Assembly: GCA_023247795.1 (NCBI GenBank)
Contig: JAHFFT010000009.1
Coordinates: 578-64,577, forward strand
Length of the DNA: 64,000 bases
Direction: 5' to 3'
From: Candidatus Omnitrophota bacterium
GTDB lineage: Bacteria > Omnitrophota > Gorgyraeia > Zapsychrales > JANLHA01
Each line of letters begins with the position of its first letter. Position 1 is the stretch's first letter. A program made the position numbers and the translations under genes. Below the pieces are notes generated by a model. The model did not search any database. It saw nothing but the letters and a program-made list of their open reading frames with translations, and was not told where the DNA came from. Shown here piece by piece: positions 27,161-36,446 of this stretch.

Positions 27161-27637
27161 CTAAAGGGCCTGCCCTCCGTAGGGTTTCCAGGTTTTGCTT
27201 TGCGGATCATAAATGACTTTCGGACATTGCTCCATGGGCAAACCATCTTCAAGCGGCCAGGCCGTTGCTTCCAGTTTGTTCCCGTCGAGATCATAAAAAT
27301 AAAGTGACCAAGATTTCGAACGTTTTTTCGCGAATTCAATTTTGACCCTATGAGACTCAAGTTGATTGATAAACCCATCAAAATCTTTGGCTGCCACCCG
27401 AAAAGAAAAATGGTTCGCGCCAAGACCTTCATTAGCAAAAGGGTGATGCTGATCAAAATCTTTCGCTTGTATGACCCCCAATAGCGACGGGCCACAATCT
27501 AAAAAATATTCAACACCCGGCTTGGAAGGTTCCCGCTCAGTGATTTTCAAACCCAAAACCTTGGTATAAAATGCAACGGTCTTGTCGAGATCGCGAACGT
27601 TTAAGGCCACATGATCAATCCCTTGAATCCTGATCAT
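27161..27637 (-). CDS. VOC/glyoxalase-family protein
   Basis: IDHVALNVRDLDKTVAFYTKVLGL, the VOC beta-alpha-beta-beta-beta metal-binding module. Confidence 0.7.
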   Translation of the reverse strand: MIRIQGIDHVALNVRDLDKTVAFYTKVLGLKITEREPSKPGVEYFLDCGPSLLGVIQAKDFDQHHPFANEGLGANHFSFRVAAKDFDGFINQLESHRVKIEFAKKRSKSWSLYFYDLDGNKLEATAWPLEDGLPMEQCPKVIYDPQSKTWKPYGGQAL

Positions 27638-28437
27638 AGCTTTATTGTCCGTTCGATTTTTCTCTGACTGAATAGTACATATTCGGTATATCCGGCCGCC
27701 TTAGCCAGCTGCAACGCTTGACCATAATCCTTACCAACATCTTTGGGATCATGCGCGTCTGAGCCAAAGCAGAGAGCGACTTGACATCGTGCGTAAATTT
27801 TCAAGGCCAACAGCGACGGATAAATCTCTTTAACCGGTTTTCGCAACCCCGAGGTATTGATTTCCACCGCAACACCCGACTCCTTAAAAACCTGTGCGGT
27901 TTTTTCGACTTCCTCAGCTAAAAATGCAGAAGGGCGATGACCAAATTTTTTGACCAAATCCACATGCGCCATAATATCAAACAACTGACTTTGCGCTGAC
28001 TGTCGTAAAAGGGAATAATACTGGCAATAGACCTCGTTGATATCATTCTGGTCCCACTGATCACGTTCCTCCGGGTTATCAAACCCCCAACCCCGGATAA
28101 AATGCACCGAGCCAATCACATAATCATAAGGATAATCCTTGAGGATCGCTTTAGTCTTTTCTTCATAGCCAGGAACAAAATCCGCTTCAATCCCCACTTT
28201 GATCCGCAATTCATTTCGATACTGATCGCGAACCTGTTCAATCATTCGATAGTATTGAGGAAGTTGGTCCATCTTCATCGTTATTCCGGGCAAATCTTTG
28301 ACAACAAAAGGGGCATGGTCGGAAAAACCGATCTCTTCCAACCCAACCTGCAAAGCTTGTTTGGCATATTCTTGCGGAAGGCCTATCGCATGGCCGCAAA
28401 GTGGGGTGTGCATATGATAATCAGCAATGGGGTTCAT
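27634..28437 (-). CDS. PHP-domain histidinol-phosphatase-family protein (HisJ/HisK-like)
   Basis: DYHMHTPLCGHA N-terminal PHP metal-binding motif and distributed His/Asp ligands. Confidence 0.7.
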   Translation of the reverse strand: MNPIADYHMHTPLCGHAIGLPQEYAKQALQVGLEEIGFSDHAPFVVKDLPGITMKMDQLPQYYRMIEQVRDQYRNELRIKVGIEADFVPGYEEKTKAILKDYPYDYVIGSVHFIRGWGFDNPEERDQWDQNDINEVYCQYYSLLRQSAQSQLFDIMAHVDLVKKFGHRPSAFLAEEVEKTAQVFKESGVAVEINTSGLRKPVKEIYPSLLALKIYARCQVALCFGSDAHDPKDVGKDYGQALQLAKAAGYTEYVLFSQRKIERTIKL

Positions 28438-28559
28438 GATACCTTCCTTCTCGAGGAGGGTACTAAGACGTTTGACACGAAAATTTGACTATGTTAATAT
28501 GCGAATTCGGTTTGTTTTAAGTCAACAAGCACAATGTAACCTATAATAAATTCGAGCGG

Positions 28560-29285
28560 ATGTCAAATACCAAGTCAAAAGTTGCTTTAGTGACTGGCGG
28601 GGCCAAACGGATCGGCCAGGCCATTGCCTTATCCCTAGCGGCGCAAGGATACAGCATTGCCCTTCACTATTACACATCAAAAGCGGCGGCAGAAAAAACA
28701 GCCCAAGCCATTAAAAATTTGAATGTTGATTGCCAAATCTTTCCAGCAGATCTTACCGATTTACAATCAACACAAAATTTTGTCAAACGCGTTTTTACTC
28801 ATTATTCAAAAATCGATGTGCTCGTCAACAATGCCTCGCTGTTTCAACCTTCGACATTGAAGAAGGGGGATCTCAAACAATTTGAAAATGACATGGCTGT
28901 CCACGTTCGGGTCCCATTCCTTTTGATTTCGCAATTCGCCAAAAGGTACAAAGCAGGGAACATCATCAACATCTTGGACACGCGGATCAGCGACGCAAAA
29001 GCCCCGCGCTTCAGTTATCTGCTGGCAAAAAAAGCGCTGGCCGAACTCACAACGATGGCGGCTTTGGAATTGGCTCCAGCCATCCGTATTAATGGAATTG
29101 CCCCTGGATTGATCTTGGCTCCCGAAGGCGAAAAGCAGAGCTATTTGCAACGTCTCACCCAACGGATCCCTTTAAGAAAGAAAGGGGAGTTGCAACACAT
29201 CACACAATCCATCGAGTTTCTTCTCAACAATGACTTTTTAACCGGTCAGATCATTTACGTTGACGGCGGCGAACATTTGATCTAA
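28560..29285 (+). CDS. folM: Short-chain dehydrogenase/reductase, pteridine-reductase-like (FolM/PTR1 family)
   Basis: VTGGAKRIGQAIA with the Arg-containing glycine motif typical of PTR1/FolM. It sits upstream of folB-folK. Confidence 0.6.
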   Translation: MSNTKSKVALVTGGAKRIGQAIALSLAAQGYSIALHYYTSKAAAEKTAQAIKNLNVDCQIFPADLTDLQSTQNFVKRVFTHYSKIDVLVNNASLFQPSTLKKGDLKQFENDMAVHVRVPFLLISQFAKRYKAGNIINILDTRISDAKAPRFSYLLAKKALAELTTMAALELAPAIRINGIAPGLILAPEGEKQSYLQRLTQRIPLRKKGELQHITQSIEFLLNNDFLTGQIIYVDGGEHLI

Positions 29286-29296
29286 AGGGGACTCCT

Positions 29297-29656
29297 ATGG
29301 CAAAAATAAGAATCACGGACCTGCATTTGCGAACCATCATCGGCATTTTTGATTGGGAACGAGAACAAAAACAAGACGTCCTCATCAATATTGAAATGGA
29401 ATGTGACATCACAAAAGCAACTCAAACCGATGACATTAAAGACACCGTCGACTATAAAACAATCACAAAAAAAATCATCCAATTCGTTGAACAATCCCAA
29501 TTCTTCCTCTTGGAAAAATTGACCGCCGAGATTTTAGGGATTGTGATGGAAGAACAAAAGGTGATCAAAGCAACGGTCCGCATTGATAAGCCACAGGCAC
29601 TCCGATTCGCCCAATCGGTTTCGGTCGAATTCACAGAACAACGCAAATCAAAATGA
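29297..29656 (+). CDS. folB: Dihydroneopterin aldolase FolB/FolX family
   Basis: 119 aa. RITDLHLRTIIGIFDWEREQKQDVLINIEM matches the FolB fold signature. Confidence 0.75.
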   Translation: MAKIRITDLHLRTIIGIFDWEREQKQDVLINIEMECDITKATQTDDIKDTVDYKTITKKIIQFVEQSQFFLLEKLTAEILGIVMEEQKVIKATVRIDKPQALRFAQSVSVEFTEQRKSK

Positions 29657-30033
29657 ACATCGCGGTCATTGGCCTTGGCTCAAACATCGATCCACAAAAA
29701 AACATCGTTCAAGCCAAAGAGTTGATCCATAAAAATTTTCCCATCATCAAGGCCAGCCAATTTGTTGAGACCACTCCCATTGGTTATCCTGACCAAGCCA
29801 ATTTTTTAAACGGAGCGGTTTTAGTTGAAACGGTCCTTGAACAAACCTCTTTCCAAAGCACCCTAAAAAAAATAGAGCACGCCTTAGGCCGTAAAAGCAG
29901 CAGCAAATTCGGTCCACGCAGCATTGACTTAGACCTCTTGGTCTGGAACGGCAAAATCATTGATCTTGATTTCTACGAGCGTGACTTCATCAAACAATCT
30001 GTCTTAGAATTGCTGCCAAAGGTAAAATTCTAA
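29653..30033 (+). CDS. folK: HPPK-like protein (divergent 6-hydroxymethyl-7,8-dihydropterin pyrophosphokinase paralog)
   Basis: GLGSNI...GPRSIDLDLL HPPK motifs are present, but the C-terminal PHPR motif of canonical FolK is not recognizable. Confidence 0.6.
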   Translation: MNIAVIGLGSNIDPQKNIVQAKELIHKNFPIIKASQFVETTPIGYPDQANFLNGAVLVETVLEQTSFQSTLKKIEHALGRKSSSKFGPRSIDLDLLVWNGKIIDLDFYERDFIKQSVLELLPKVKF

Positions 30034-30035
30034 CA

Positions 30036-30479
30036 ATGTTTATCAATTTTGCCCTCATTGTCGTTATTCTTTCATTCCTCGAATTGCTGGTGACGATGCG
30101 AGTAGGCAGCATTTTAGGGCCAAGAAACGCCTTCTTGTTGATGATTCTGTCCGGAGTTTTAGGGGCTGCAATCATAAAAATCCAAGGCCCCTTGTTGATG
30201 AAAAAACTACAAGATCAACTCAACCAGGATAAAATGCCAAGTGGAGCCTTGCTGGACGGACTCCTCATCATGACTGGGGCGATTCTACTATTGATTCCGG
30301 GATTTCTGAGTGATCTTATGGGACTTTTACTGTTATTCCCTGCCAGCCGTATTGTTATTAAGTACATAACCCGCAATAAGTTACAAAAATTTTTTAAATC
30401 CTCTCAAAGCAAACCCAAAAACTCTCGCAAGCGTTCATCAACCCACTATGATGACATAGAAGACGCTGACTTCCATTAA
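30036..30479 (+). CDS. fxsA: FxsA-family inner-membrane protein
   Basis: LELLVTMRVGSILGPRNAFLLMILSGVLGAAIIKIQG, the FxsA N-terminal TM pattern. Confidence 0.75.
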   Translation: MFINFALIVVILSFLELLVTMRVGSILGPRNAFLLMILSGVLGAAIIKIQGPLLMKKLQDQLNQDKMPSGALLDGLLIMTGAILLLIPGFLSDLMGLLLLFPASRIVIKYITRNKLQKFFKSSQSKPKNSRKRSSTHYDDIEDADFH

Positions 30480-30585
30480 TACCCAATAAAACCTCAATAA
30501 ATAACCATCAACTTGTAACCCATTTAATTTTAATATGTTATAAAATATCAACGATTTTGCAAACCCTTCCCAGACCCGCTTTCCT

Positions 30586-31032
30586 GTGGTATGGTTAACT
30601 AATTGGTATAAAAGGAGGGAAGAGGTGTTTAATAACCTTAAGTTGCTTGTTATCGCCATATTGCTGTTTACCAGCACAGCCTATGCCTATGTCAAATACG
30701 GTAGGCAGACAGAACCGGAAGTTCCCCCAGTTGAAACCGGCATGGCGTCTTGGTACTCAAGGACTGATCCCGGAGTCATTGAACGGACAGCCAATAATGA
30801 GATCTTTGATGATCAGGCCTTTACCTGTGCCAAATGGGATGTCCCGTTTCATCAACGGATCAAGGTAACCAATATTGAAAACGGCAAATCGATCGTCGTT
30901 CGCGTCAATGACCGCGGGCCGCACCGCCGCTTAGTCAATGAGGGGCGGGTCATTGATCTTACCAAAAAAGCCTTCTCCAAAATCGCCAACCCTGAAAACG
31001 GGTTGATTAACGTAGAGCTAGAATTTCTTTAA
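30586..31032 (+). CDS. rlpA: RlpA-family septal ring lytic transglycosylase-like protein (double-psi beta-barrel)
   Basis: GMASWYS...FTCA...VRVNDRGP, the conserved RlpA DPBB motifs, after an N-terminal TM/signal segment. Confidence 0.75.
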   Translation: MVWLTNWYKRREEVFNNLKLLVIAILLFTSTAYAYVKYGRQTEPEVPPVETGMASWYSRTDPGVIERTANNEIFDDQAFTCAKWDVPFHQRIKVTNIENGKSIVVRVNDRGPHRRLVNEGRVIDLTKKAFSKIANPENGLINVELEFL

Positions 31033-31149
31033 ATCCTGCCACAGCGCTATCCATCAAATCAATCCGTAATTTTTATCTTGCAAATGAAGTTTTGATTGTT
31101 ATGATACAAATGACTTTTAACACAATTCATAAAAAGGAAAAATTGACTG

Positions 31150-31890
31150 ATGAATTTTGACAATGAAGTCGTTGTGGTCACGGGGGCAACCCGCGGGATT
31201 GGCAAGGAAATTGCTTTAGAGTTTGCCAACGCCAAAGCCCATGTTATTCTCCTTGGCCGCAACGAAGAAATTCTCTCCTCGACAACCAAAAAAATCCTCG
31301 AAGACGGTTTTAAAAGCGAATATTACCTCTGTGACGTCGCCAACAGCGAAAATGTTCAAGAAACGGTTAAAAAAATTCTTGACAAGCATAAGCGGGTTGA
31401 TATATTGATTAACAACGCTGGCGTCACCAAGGATAATTTGCTGTTACGCATGAAAGAAGAGGACTGGGACGCCGTACTTAACACAAATTTGCGTGGCTGT
31501 TTCAACGTCACAAAGTCTGTCGCAAAGGCAATGTTGAAGAATAGTAAGGGTAAGATCATCAACATTGCGTCGATCATTGGCATTCTCGGAAACGCCGGTC
31601 AGGCCAATTACGCGGCAAGTAAGGCCGGAATCATTGGTTTCACCAAATCGGTTGCCAAAGAATTCGCTTCACGAGGGATTACCGCCAATGTGGTTGCCCC
31701 AGGGTACATCCAAACCGAAATGACTGATCAAATCAAAGCAACAAACCGAGAAGAAATTTTAAAAAGCATCCCTCTCGGTCGTTTAGGAACGACCCAAGAC
31801 ATTGCCGGGGTATGCTTGTTCCTTGCTTCAAAAGAGGCAGATTACATAACAGGGCAAACCATCATTGTTGATGGGGGAATGGCAATATAA
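31150..31890 (+). CDS. fabG: 3-oxoacyl-ACP reductase FabG
   Basis: [20 protein letters not shown] and YAASKAG, the SDR catalytic triad region, upstream of acpP-fabF. Confidence 0.9.
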   Translation: MNFDNEVVVVTGATRGIGKEIALEFANAKAHVILLGRNEEILSSTTKKILEDGFKSEYYLCDVANSENVQETVKKILDKHKRVDILINNAGVTKDNLLLRMKEEDWDAVLNTNLRGCFNVTKSVAKAMLKNSKGKIINIASIIGILGNAGQANYAASKAGIIGFTKSVAKEFASRGITANVVAPGYIQTEMTDQIKATNREEILKSIPLGRLGTTQDIAGVCLFLASKEADYITGQTIIVDGGMAI

Positions 31891-31921
31891 AACCTATTTT
31901 AGGTTAAAAAGGAGGACTTTC

Positions 31922-32161
31922 ATGGCTGTCGAAGAAAAAATAAAATCAATCATCGCTGAACAGTTGGGCGTCAAAGCCGAAGAGGTCACACCTCAAGCGT
32001 CATTCATTGACGATCTTGGAGCGGATTCCTTAGACACCGTCGAATTGATTATGGCGTTGGAAGAAGAATTCGGTGTTGAAATCCCCGACGAAGATGCGGA
32101 AAAGATGACCACGGTTGGTGACGCGATCAGATATATCGAAGAAAAAGCGGCAAAAAAATAA
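31922..32161 (+). CDS. acpP: Acyl carrier protein
   Basis: [21 protein letters not shown], the phosphopantetheine attachment site. ATG at 31922; ORF 31865 is an over-extension. Confidence 0.9.
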   Translation: MAVEEKIKSIIAEQLGVKAEEVTPQASFIDDLGADSLDTVELIMALEEEFGVEIPDEDAEKMTTVGDAIRYIEEKAAKK

Positions 32162-32198
32162 ATACCTATCCGCAGTCAGCACTCCAAACCAACATATA

Positions 32199-32232
32199 AG
32201 GCCCCGATCATAATCGGGGCTGAATTTTATTC
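32199..32232 (+). terminator. Hairpin gccccgat-cata-atcggggc followed by a T-rich run (attenuator or terminator between acpP and fabF)
   Basis: Read directly. This is the typical position of the acpP terminator. Confidence 0.55.
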
Positions 32233-32247
32233 AGAGAAATTTAGACT

Positions 32248-33492
32248 ATGCAAAAAAGACGAGTCGTTATTACGGGAATGGGTGTGATTTCTCCGGTCGG
32301 GACCGGAAGCGCCAAATTTTGGAAATCATTGGTTGAAGGAAAAAGCGGCATCCGTCCCATCACATCATTTGACGCCAAAGATTTCGAATGCCAGATCGCC
32401 GGCGACGTCATTGATTTTGATCCCTTAACGCATTTCAACACCAAAGACGCGCGGCATTTGGCAAATTTTGTGAAATTTGCCGTTGTCGCCACTCGAGAAG
32501 CCATCGCGAACGCGAAATTGGATTTGCAAAAAACTGACCTTGATCGGGTCGGTGTCCTGATCGGTTCCGGCATTGGCAGTCTGCGTACTTTGCAGGTTGA
32601 ATATGAAAAATTTCTCGAACGCGGTCCCAGCAAGATATCACCCTTTTTTATTCCAAAGCTGATCATCAATGAAGCTTCCGGACAAGTCTCCATTGACACC
32701 GGTGCTCGCGGACCAGCCACTTGTGTTGCCACCGCCTGTGCCACGGCAACAAATGCCATTGGCGATGCCATGCGCTTCATCCAATACGGTGATGCTGATG
32801 TCATTTTCGCCGGCGGGAGCGAAAGTGCTACAACAGTGCTGGGGGTCGGTGGATTTTGCGCGCTCAAGGCCTTGACAAAAAGGAACCATGAGCCAGAAAG
32901 GGCCAGCCGTCCTTTTGAAATGAACCGGGATGGTTTTGTTATGGCGGAAGGTGCTGGTGTTGTTGTTTTAGAAGTTTTGGAACATGCCAAAAAACGGGGC
33001 GCTCCCATTTTGGCCGAACTATGCGGCTATGGCCGCACCTCAGATGCATATCACGTAACCGCCCCAGAATCGACGGGGGCGGGAGCGGCTAAGGCCATGG
33101 CTCTGGCGATCAAGGATGCCGGAATGACTCCCAAAGACATCTCTTACATCAACGCGCACGGTACTTCAACTAAATTGAACGATAAAGTTGAGACGATGGC
33201 GATTAAAACAGTATTTGGTGATATCGCCAAGAAAGTCCCGGTCAGCTCAACCAAATCGATGACTGGGCATCTGCTCGGGGCAGCCGGTGGAGTTGAACTT
33301 GCCGCCTGTGTTTGGGCCTTGAAGGATGACATCATTCCTCCCACCATCAACTACGAAACTCCGGATCCAGAATGCGATCTTGATTATGTTCCTAACACCG
33401 CCCGCAAACTGAAGGTGCAGACAGCGATGAGCAATTCTTTAGGTTTTGGTGGGCACAACGCTTCCATCATCGTAAAAAAATTCCGAGAGTAA
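32248..33492 (+). CDS. fabF: 3-oxoacyl-ACP synthase II FabF
   Basis: 414 aa KAS-II with the active-site Cys region GPATCVATACATA and the HGTST and GHLLGAAG motifs. Confidence 0.9.
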   Translation: MQKRRVVITGMGVISPVGTGSAKFWKSLVEGKSGIRPITSFDAKDFECQIAGDVIDFDPLTHFNTKDARHLANFVKFAVVATREAIANAKLDLQKTDLDRVGVLIGSGIGSLRTLQVEYEKFLERGPSKISPFFIPKLIINEASGQVSIDTGARGPATCVATACATATNAIGDAMRFIQYGDADVIFAGGSESATTVLGVGGFCALKALTKRNHEPERASRPFEMNRDGFVMAEGAGVVVLEVLEHAKKRGAPILAELCGYGRTSDAYHVTAPESTGAGAAKAMALAIKDAGMTPKDISYINAHGTSTKLNDKVETMAIKTVFGDIAKKVPVSSTKSMTGHLLGAAGGVELAACVWALKDDIIPPTINYETPDPECDLDYVPNTARKLKVQTAMSNSLGFGGHNASIIVKKFRE

Positions 33493-33522
33493 TTCAGCAC
33501 AACGATTTTCGCCTTAACAAAA

Positions 33523-34638
33523 ATGAAAGAAAAAATTTATAAAATAGCTGTTATTCCCGGAGACGGCATCGGGCCAGAAGTCATTCGCGAAGGATGTAAA
33601 GTCCTGGACGTCGTTTCAAAAAAACATTCCTTCCGTTTAGTGAAAACCGAATTTGATTTCGGTGGTGGCCGCTATCTAAAGACCGGACATATTTTATCCG
33701 ATGACGACATCAAAAACTTTAAGAAATTTCAGGCGATTTATTTAGGAGGAATCGGGCATCCTGAGGTGAAACCCGGTATTTTGGAACGAGGGATCTTACT
33801 CAAATTACGTTTTGATTTGGATCAGTACATCAACCTTCGTCCCGTCAGGCTCTATGAAAATGTCGAAACTCCAATCAAAAATAAAAAACCACAGGACATT
33901 GATTACACGGTCATCCGTGAGAATACTGGAGACCTGTATACCGGTGTGGGGGAATTTAAAAACAAAGGCAGCAAAGAGGAAGTGGCGATTCAGTCCATGA
34001 TTTATTCTTACAAACAGGTTGAGCGCTGCGTTCGTTACGCCTTTGAATTCTGCCAAAACCGTCATCAGACCGAACCTTGGCGAGGATTGTCCTCATCAGA
34101 AAAAGGCAAAGGATATATCGGAAAAGTCACGATGTGCGGAAAAACCAATGTCTTGACTTATGTCTTTGACCTTTGGCAAAGGGTGTTTCAAGAAATCGCG
34201 AATGAATTTCCAAAGATTTTAACGGATTATGTCCACGTCGACGCGATGTGCATCTACATGATCGAAGCCCCGGAACGTTTTGATACGATTGTCACCAGCA
34301 ATATGTTCGGTGACATCATCACTGATCTTGCCGCCGTGACCCAGGGCGGAATGGGGGTCGCACCCAGCGGCAATATCAATCCCCACGGGGTCAGCATGTT
34401 TGAGCCGGTCCATGGGACAGCACCTCAATTCACCGGTCAAAATGTCATCAACCCCATTGCCGCTATCGCTAGCGGTGCTATGCTACTGAATCATTTGGGA
34501 GAAAACGCGGCCGCTCAAGAATTGGAAAAGGCCATGCGTACCGTGATTAAAAAAATGAAATCCATGCAGGTTGGAAAGATGGGGATGACGACGTCGCAGG
34601 TAGGTGACGCGATTGTGGAACAACTTTCAAAAAATTAA
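33523..34638 (+). CDS. Isopropylmalate/isocitrate/tartrate dehydrogenase-family oxidative decarboxylase (LeuB/TtuC-like)
   Basis: IAVIPGDGIGPEV, NLRP, DAMCIYMIEAPERFDTIVTSNMFGDIITDLAA and FEPVHGTAP family motifs. Confidence 0.65.
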   Translation: MKEKIYKIAVIPGDGIGPEVIREGCKVLDVVSKKHSFRLVKTEFDFGGGRYLKTGHILSDDDIKNFKKFQAIYLGGIGHPEVKPGILERGILLKLRFDLDQYINLRPVRLYENVETPIKNKKPQDIDYTVIRENTGDLYTGVGEFKNKGSKEEVAIQSMIYSYKQVERCVRYAFEFCQNRHQTEPWRGLSSSEKGKGYIGKVTMCGKTNVLTYVFDLWQRVFQEIANEFPKILTDYVHVDAMCIYMIEAPERFDTIVTSNMFGDIITDLAAVTQGGMGVAPSGNINPHGVSMFEPVHGTAPQFTGQNVINPIAAIASGAMLLNHLGENAAAQELEKAMRTVIKKMKSMQVGKMGMTTSQVGDAIVEQLSKN

Positions 34639-34649
34639 AAAAGAAACCC

Positions 34650-35651
34650 ATGAAAAAATATAATGTGGCCATTGTTGGAATCCGTGGGGCTGTTGGATAC
34701 TGCATGTACCAAGTGCTCAAAGAACGAAAGTTTCCGATCAATGAACTGCGCCCGATGTCTTCGAATCCAGACGAATGCCCAAGCTATGAAATCAACGGCA
34801 GAAAAGTTAAAGCCGTGAAACTGAGCCATGACGCTTTTAAAGGAATCGATTTCGCGCTTTTTTCACCAGGGGCGGCGTTGAGCTTGGAATACGCTCCGTC
34901 GGCGGTCAAGGCCGGAGCGATCGTGATCGATAATACCAGTGCCTTTCGAATGGATCCAACGGTCCCGCTGGTTGTTCCAGAAGTTAACCCTCAAGACATC
35001 GAAAAACATAAAGGTCTCATTGCCAACCCTAACTGCAGCACCATTCAAATGGTTGTTGCCCTTAAACCGCTGCATGACTACGCGCGTATCAAAAGGATTG
35101 TGGTCTCGACGTATCAGTCGGTATCCGGGGCAGGCTCTGAGGCGATTGAAGAACTGGAAAAACAAGTGATCAACCGGCAGACTCCACCCAAAGCGTTTCC
35201 GCACCCGATCGCGTTCAATTTGATTCCACAGATTGATGTCGCCATGGACAACTTCTATACCAAAGAAGAAATGAAGATGGTCAATGAAACCAAAAAAATC
35301 ATGGGCGATGATTCGATCCGTGTTACGGCAACCTGCGTGCGGGTGCCGGTGCTTTGGGCGCATTCCGAATCGATCAATATTGAAACTGAAAAGAAATTGA
35401 CAAGAGAAAAAGCAATTGAACTCTTAAGTAAGGCGCCGGGCGTACATATCATCGATGATTTGCGCCACAGCAAATACCCACAACCGCTCGACGTTGCCGG
35501 TCAAGACGACACTTTTGTCGGCCGTATCCGCGAAGATGAGAGCATCAAGAATGGTCTCAATCTTTGGGTTGTCGCCGACAACCTTCGAAAAGGTGCCGCG
35601 ACCAACGCGATCCAGATCGCCGAGGAAATCATCAAAAAACACCAACAGTGA
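34650..35651 (+). CDS. asd: Aspartate-semialdehyde dehydrogenase
   Basis: VAIVGIRGAVG NAD fold and NPNCSTI active-site Cys region. Confidence 0.85.
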   Translation: MKKYNVAIVGIRGAVGYCMYQVLKERKFPINELRPMSSNPDECPSYEINGRKVKAVKLSHDAFKGIDFALFSPGAALSLEYAPSAVKAGAIVIDNTSAFRMDPTVPLVVPEVNPQDIEKHKGLIANPNCSTIQMVVALKPLHDYARIKRIVVSTYQSVSGAGSEAIEELEKQVINRQTPPKAFPHPIAFNLIPQIDVAMDNFYTKEEMKMVNETKKIMGDDSIRVTATCVRVPVLWAHSESINIETEKKLTREKAIELLSKAPGVHIIDDLRHSKYPQPLDVAGQDDTFVGRIREDESIKNGLNLWVVADNLRKGAATNAIQIAEEIIKKHQQ

Positions 35652-35657
35652 TCCCGC

Positions 35658-36422
35658 ATGGAGAAACTCCGCAATTTTAAGCTGACGATCGAATATGATG
35701 GCAGCGAATTCCAAGGGTGGCAACTTCAAAAACAATGTCGGACAGTGCAGGGGGATCTAGAAAACGCTCTGCTCGCTATTTTTAAAAAAAATACGCGGCT
35801 CTATGGTTCTGGACGGACCGACAGCGGTGTCCATGCCAAAGGACAGGTCGCGAATTTCAAGACCATTACCCGTCTGACAACGACCGAACTTTTAAAGGCC
35901 ATCAACGCCCATCTCAAAAAGGATGTTGTTGTTCTGCAACTCGAGGAAACCTCCCAAACGTTTCACGCCCGATATTCGGCCAAACGTAAGACCTATCAAT
36001 ATTGGTTATTGAATCGTACTTTGCGAAGCAGTCTGATCCACGGGCATTCCTTGCACGTTCCATATCCGCTGAACATTCGCAGGATGCGAGAGGCTTCCCA
36101 ATTCTTCATCGGCAAAAACGACTTTCGATCCTTAGCGTCTAAAGACCCCGCTGGTGGCCACGATCAAAATGAAAAAAATACAACACGAACGATTTATCGT
36201 CTGGAAATCAAAAAAAAACATGAGCACCTCCTGATTGAGATCGAAGCTAACGGGTTTCTTTATAAAATGGTCAGAAATATTGTTGGACTACTTTTAGAAA
36301 TAGGTAAGGGGCGCTTGCCAGCAACGGCAGCTAAAACTTTTCTCGAACAAAAAAACCGTGAAGTCCTCGTTAAAAAAACCGCGCCAGCGCATGGATTATA
36401 TCTTTCGAAAGTAGTATACTGA
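35658..36422 (+). CDS. truA: tRNA pseudouridine(38-40) synthase TruA
   Basis: IEYDGSEFQGWQLQ and GSGRTDSGVHA catalytic Asp motif. Confidence 0.85.
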   Translation: MEKLRNFKLTIEYDGSEFQGWQLQKQCRTVQGDLENALLAIFKKNTRLYGSGRTDSGVHAKGQVANFKTITRLTTTELLKAINAHLKKDVVVLQLEETSQTFHARYSAKRKTYQYWLLNRTLRSSLIHGHSLHVPYPLNIRRMREASQFFIGKNDFRSLASKDPAGGHDQNEKNTTRTIYRLEIKKKHEHLLIEIEANGFLYKMVRNIVGLLLEIGKGRLPATAAKTFLEQKNREVLVKKTAPAHGLYLSKVVY

Positions 36423-36446
36423 AAATCTGCTTCAACAGGACAAAAA

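Noticed and set aside
32241-33008. 255-aa ORF on the minus strand opposite fabF
   Set aside because: It is fully antisense to a highly conserved KAS-II gene, and it is Ala/Pro/Ser-rich because of the GC-rich codons of fabF. It is taken as an artefact.
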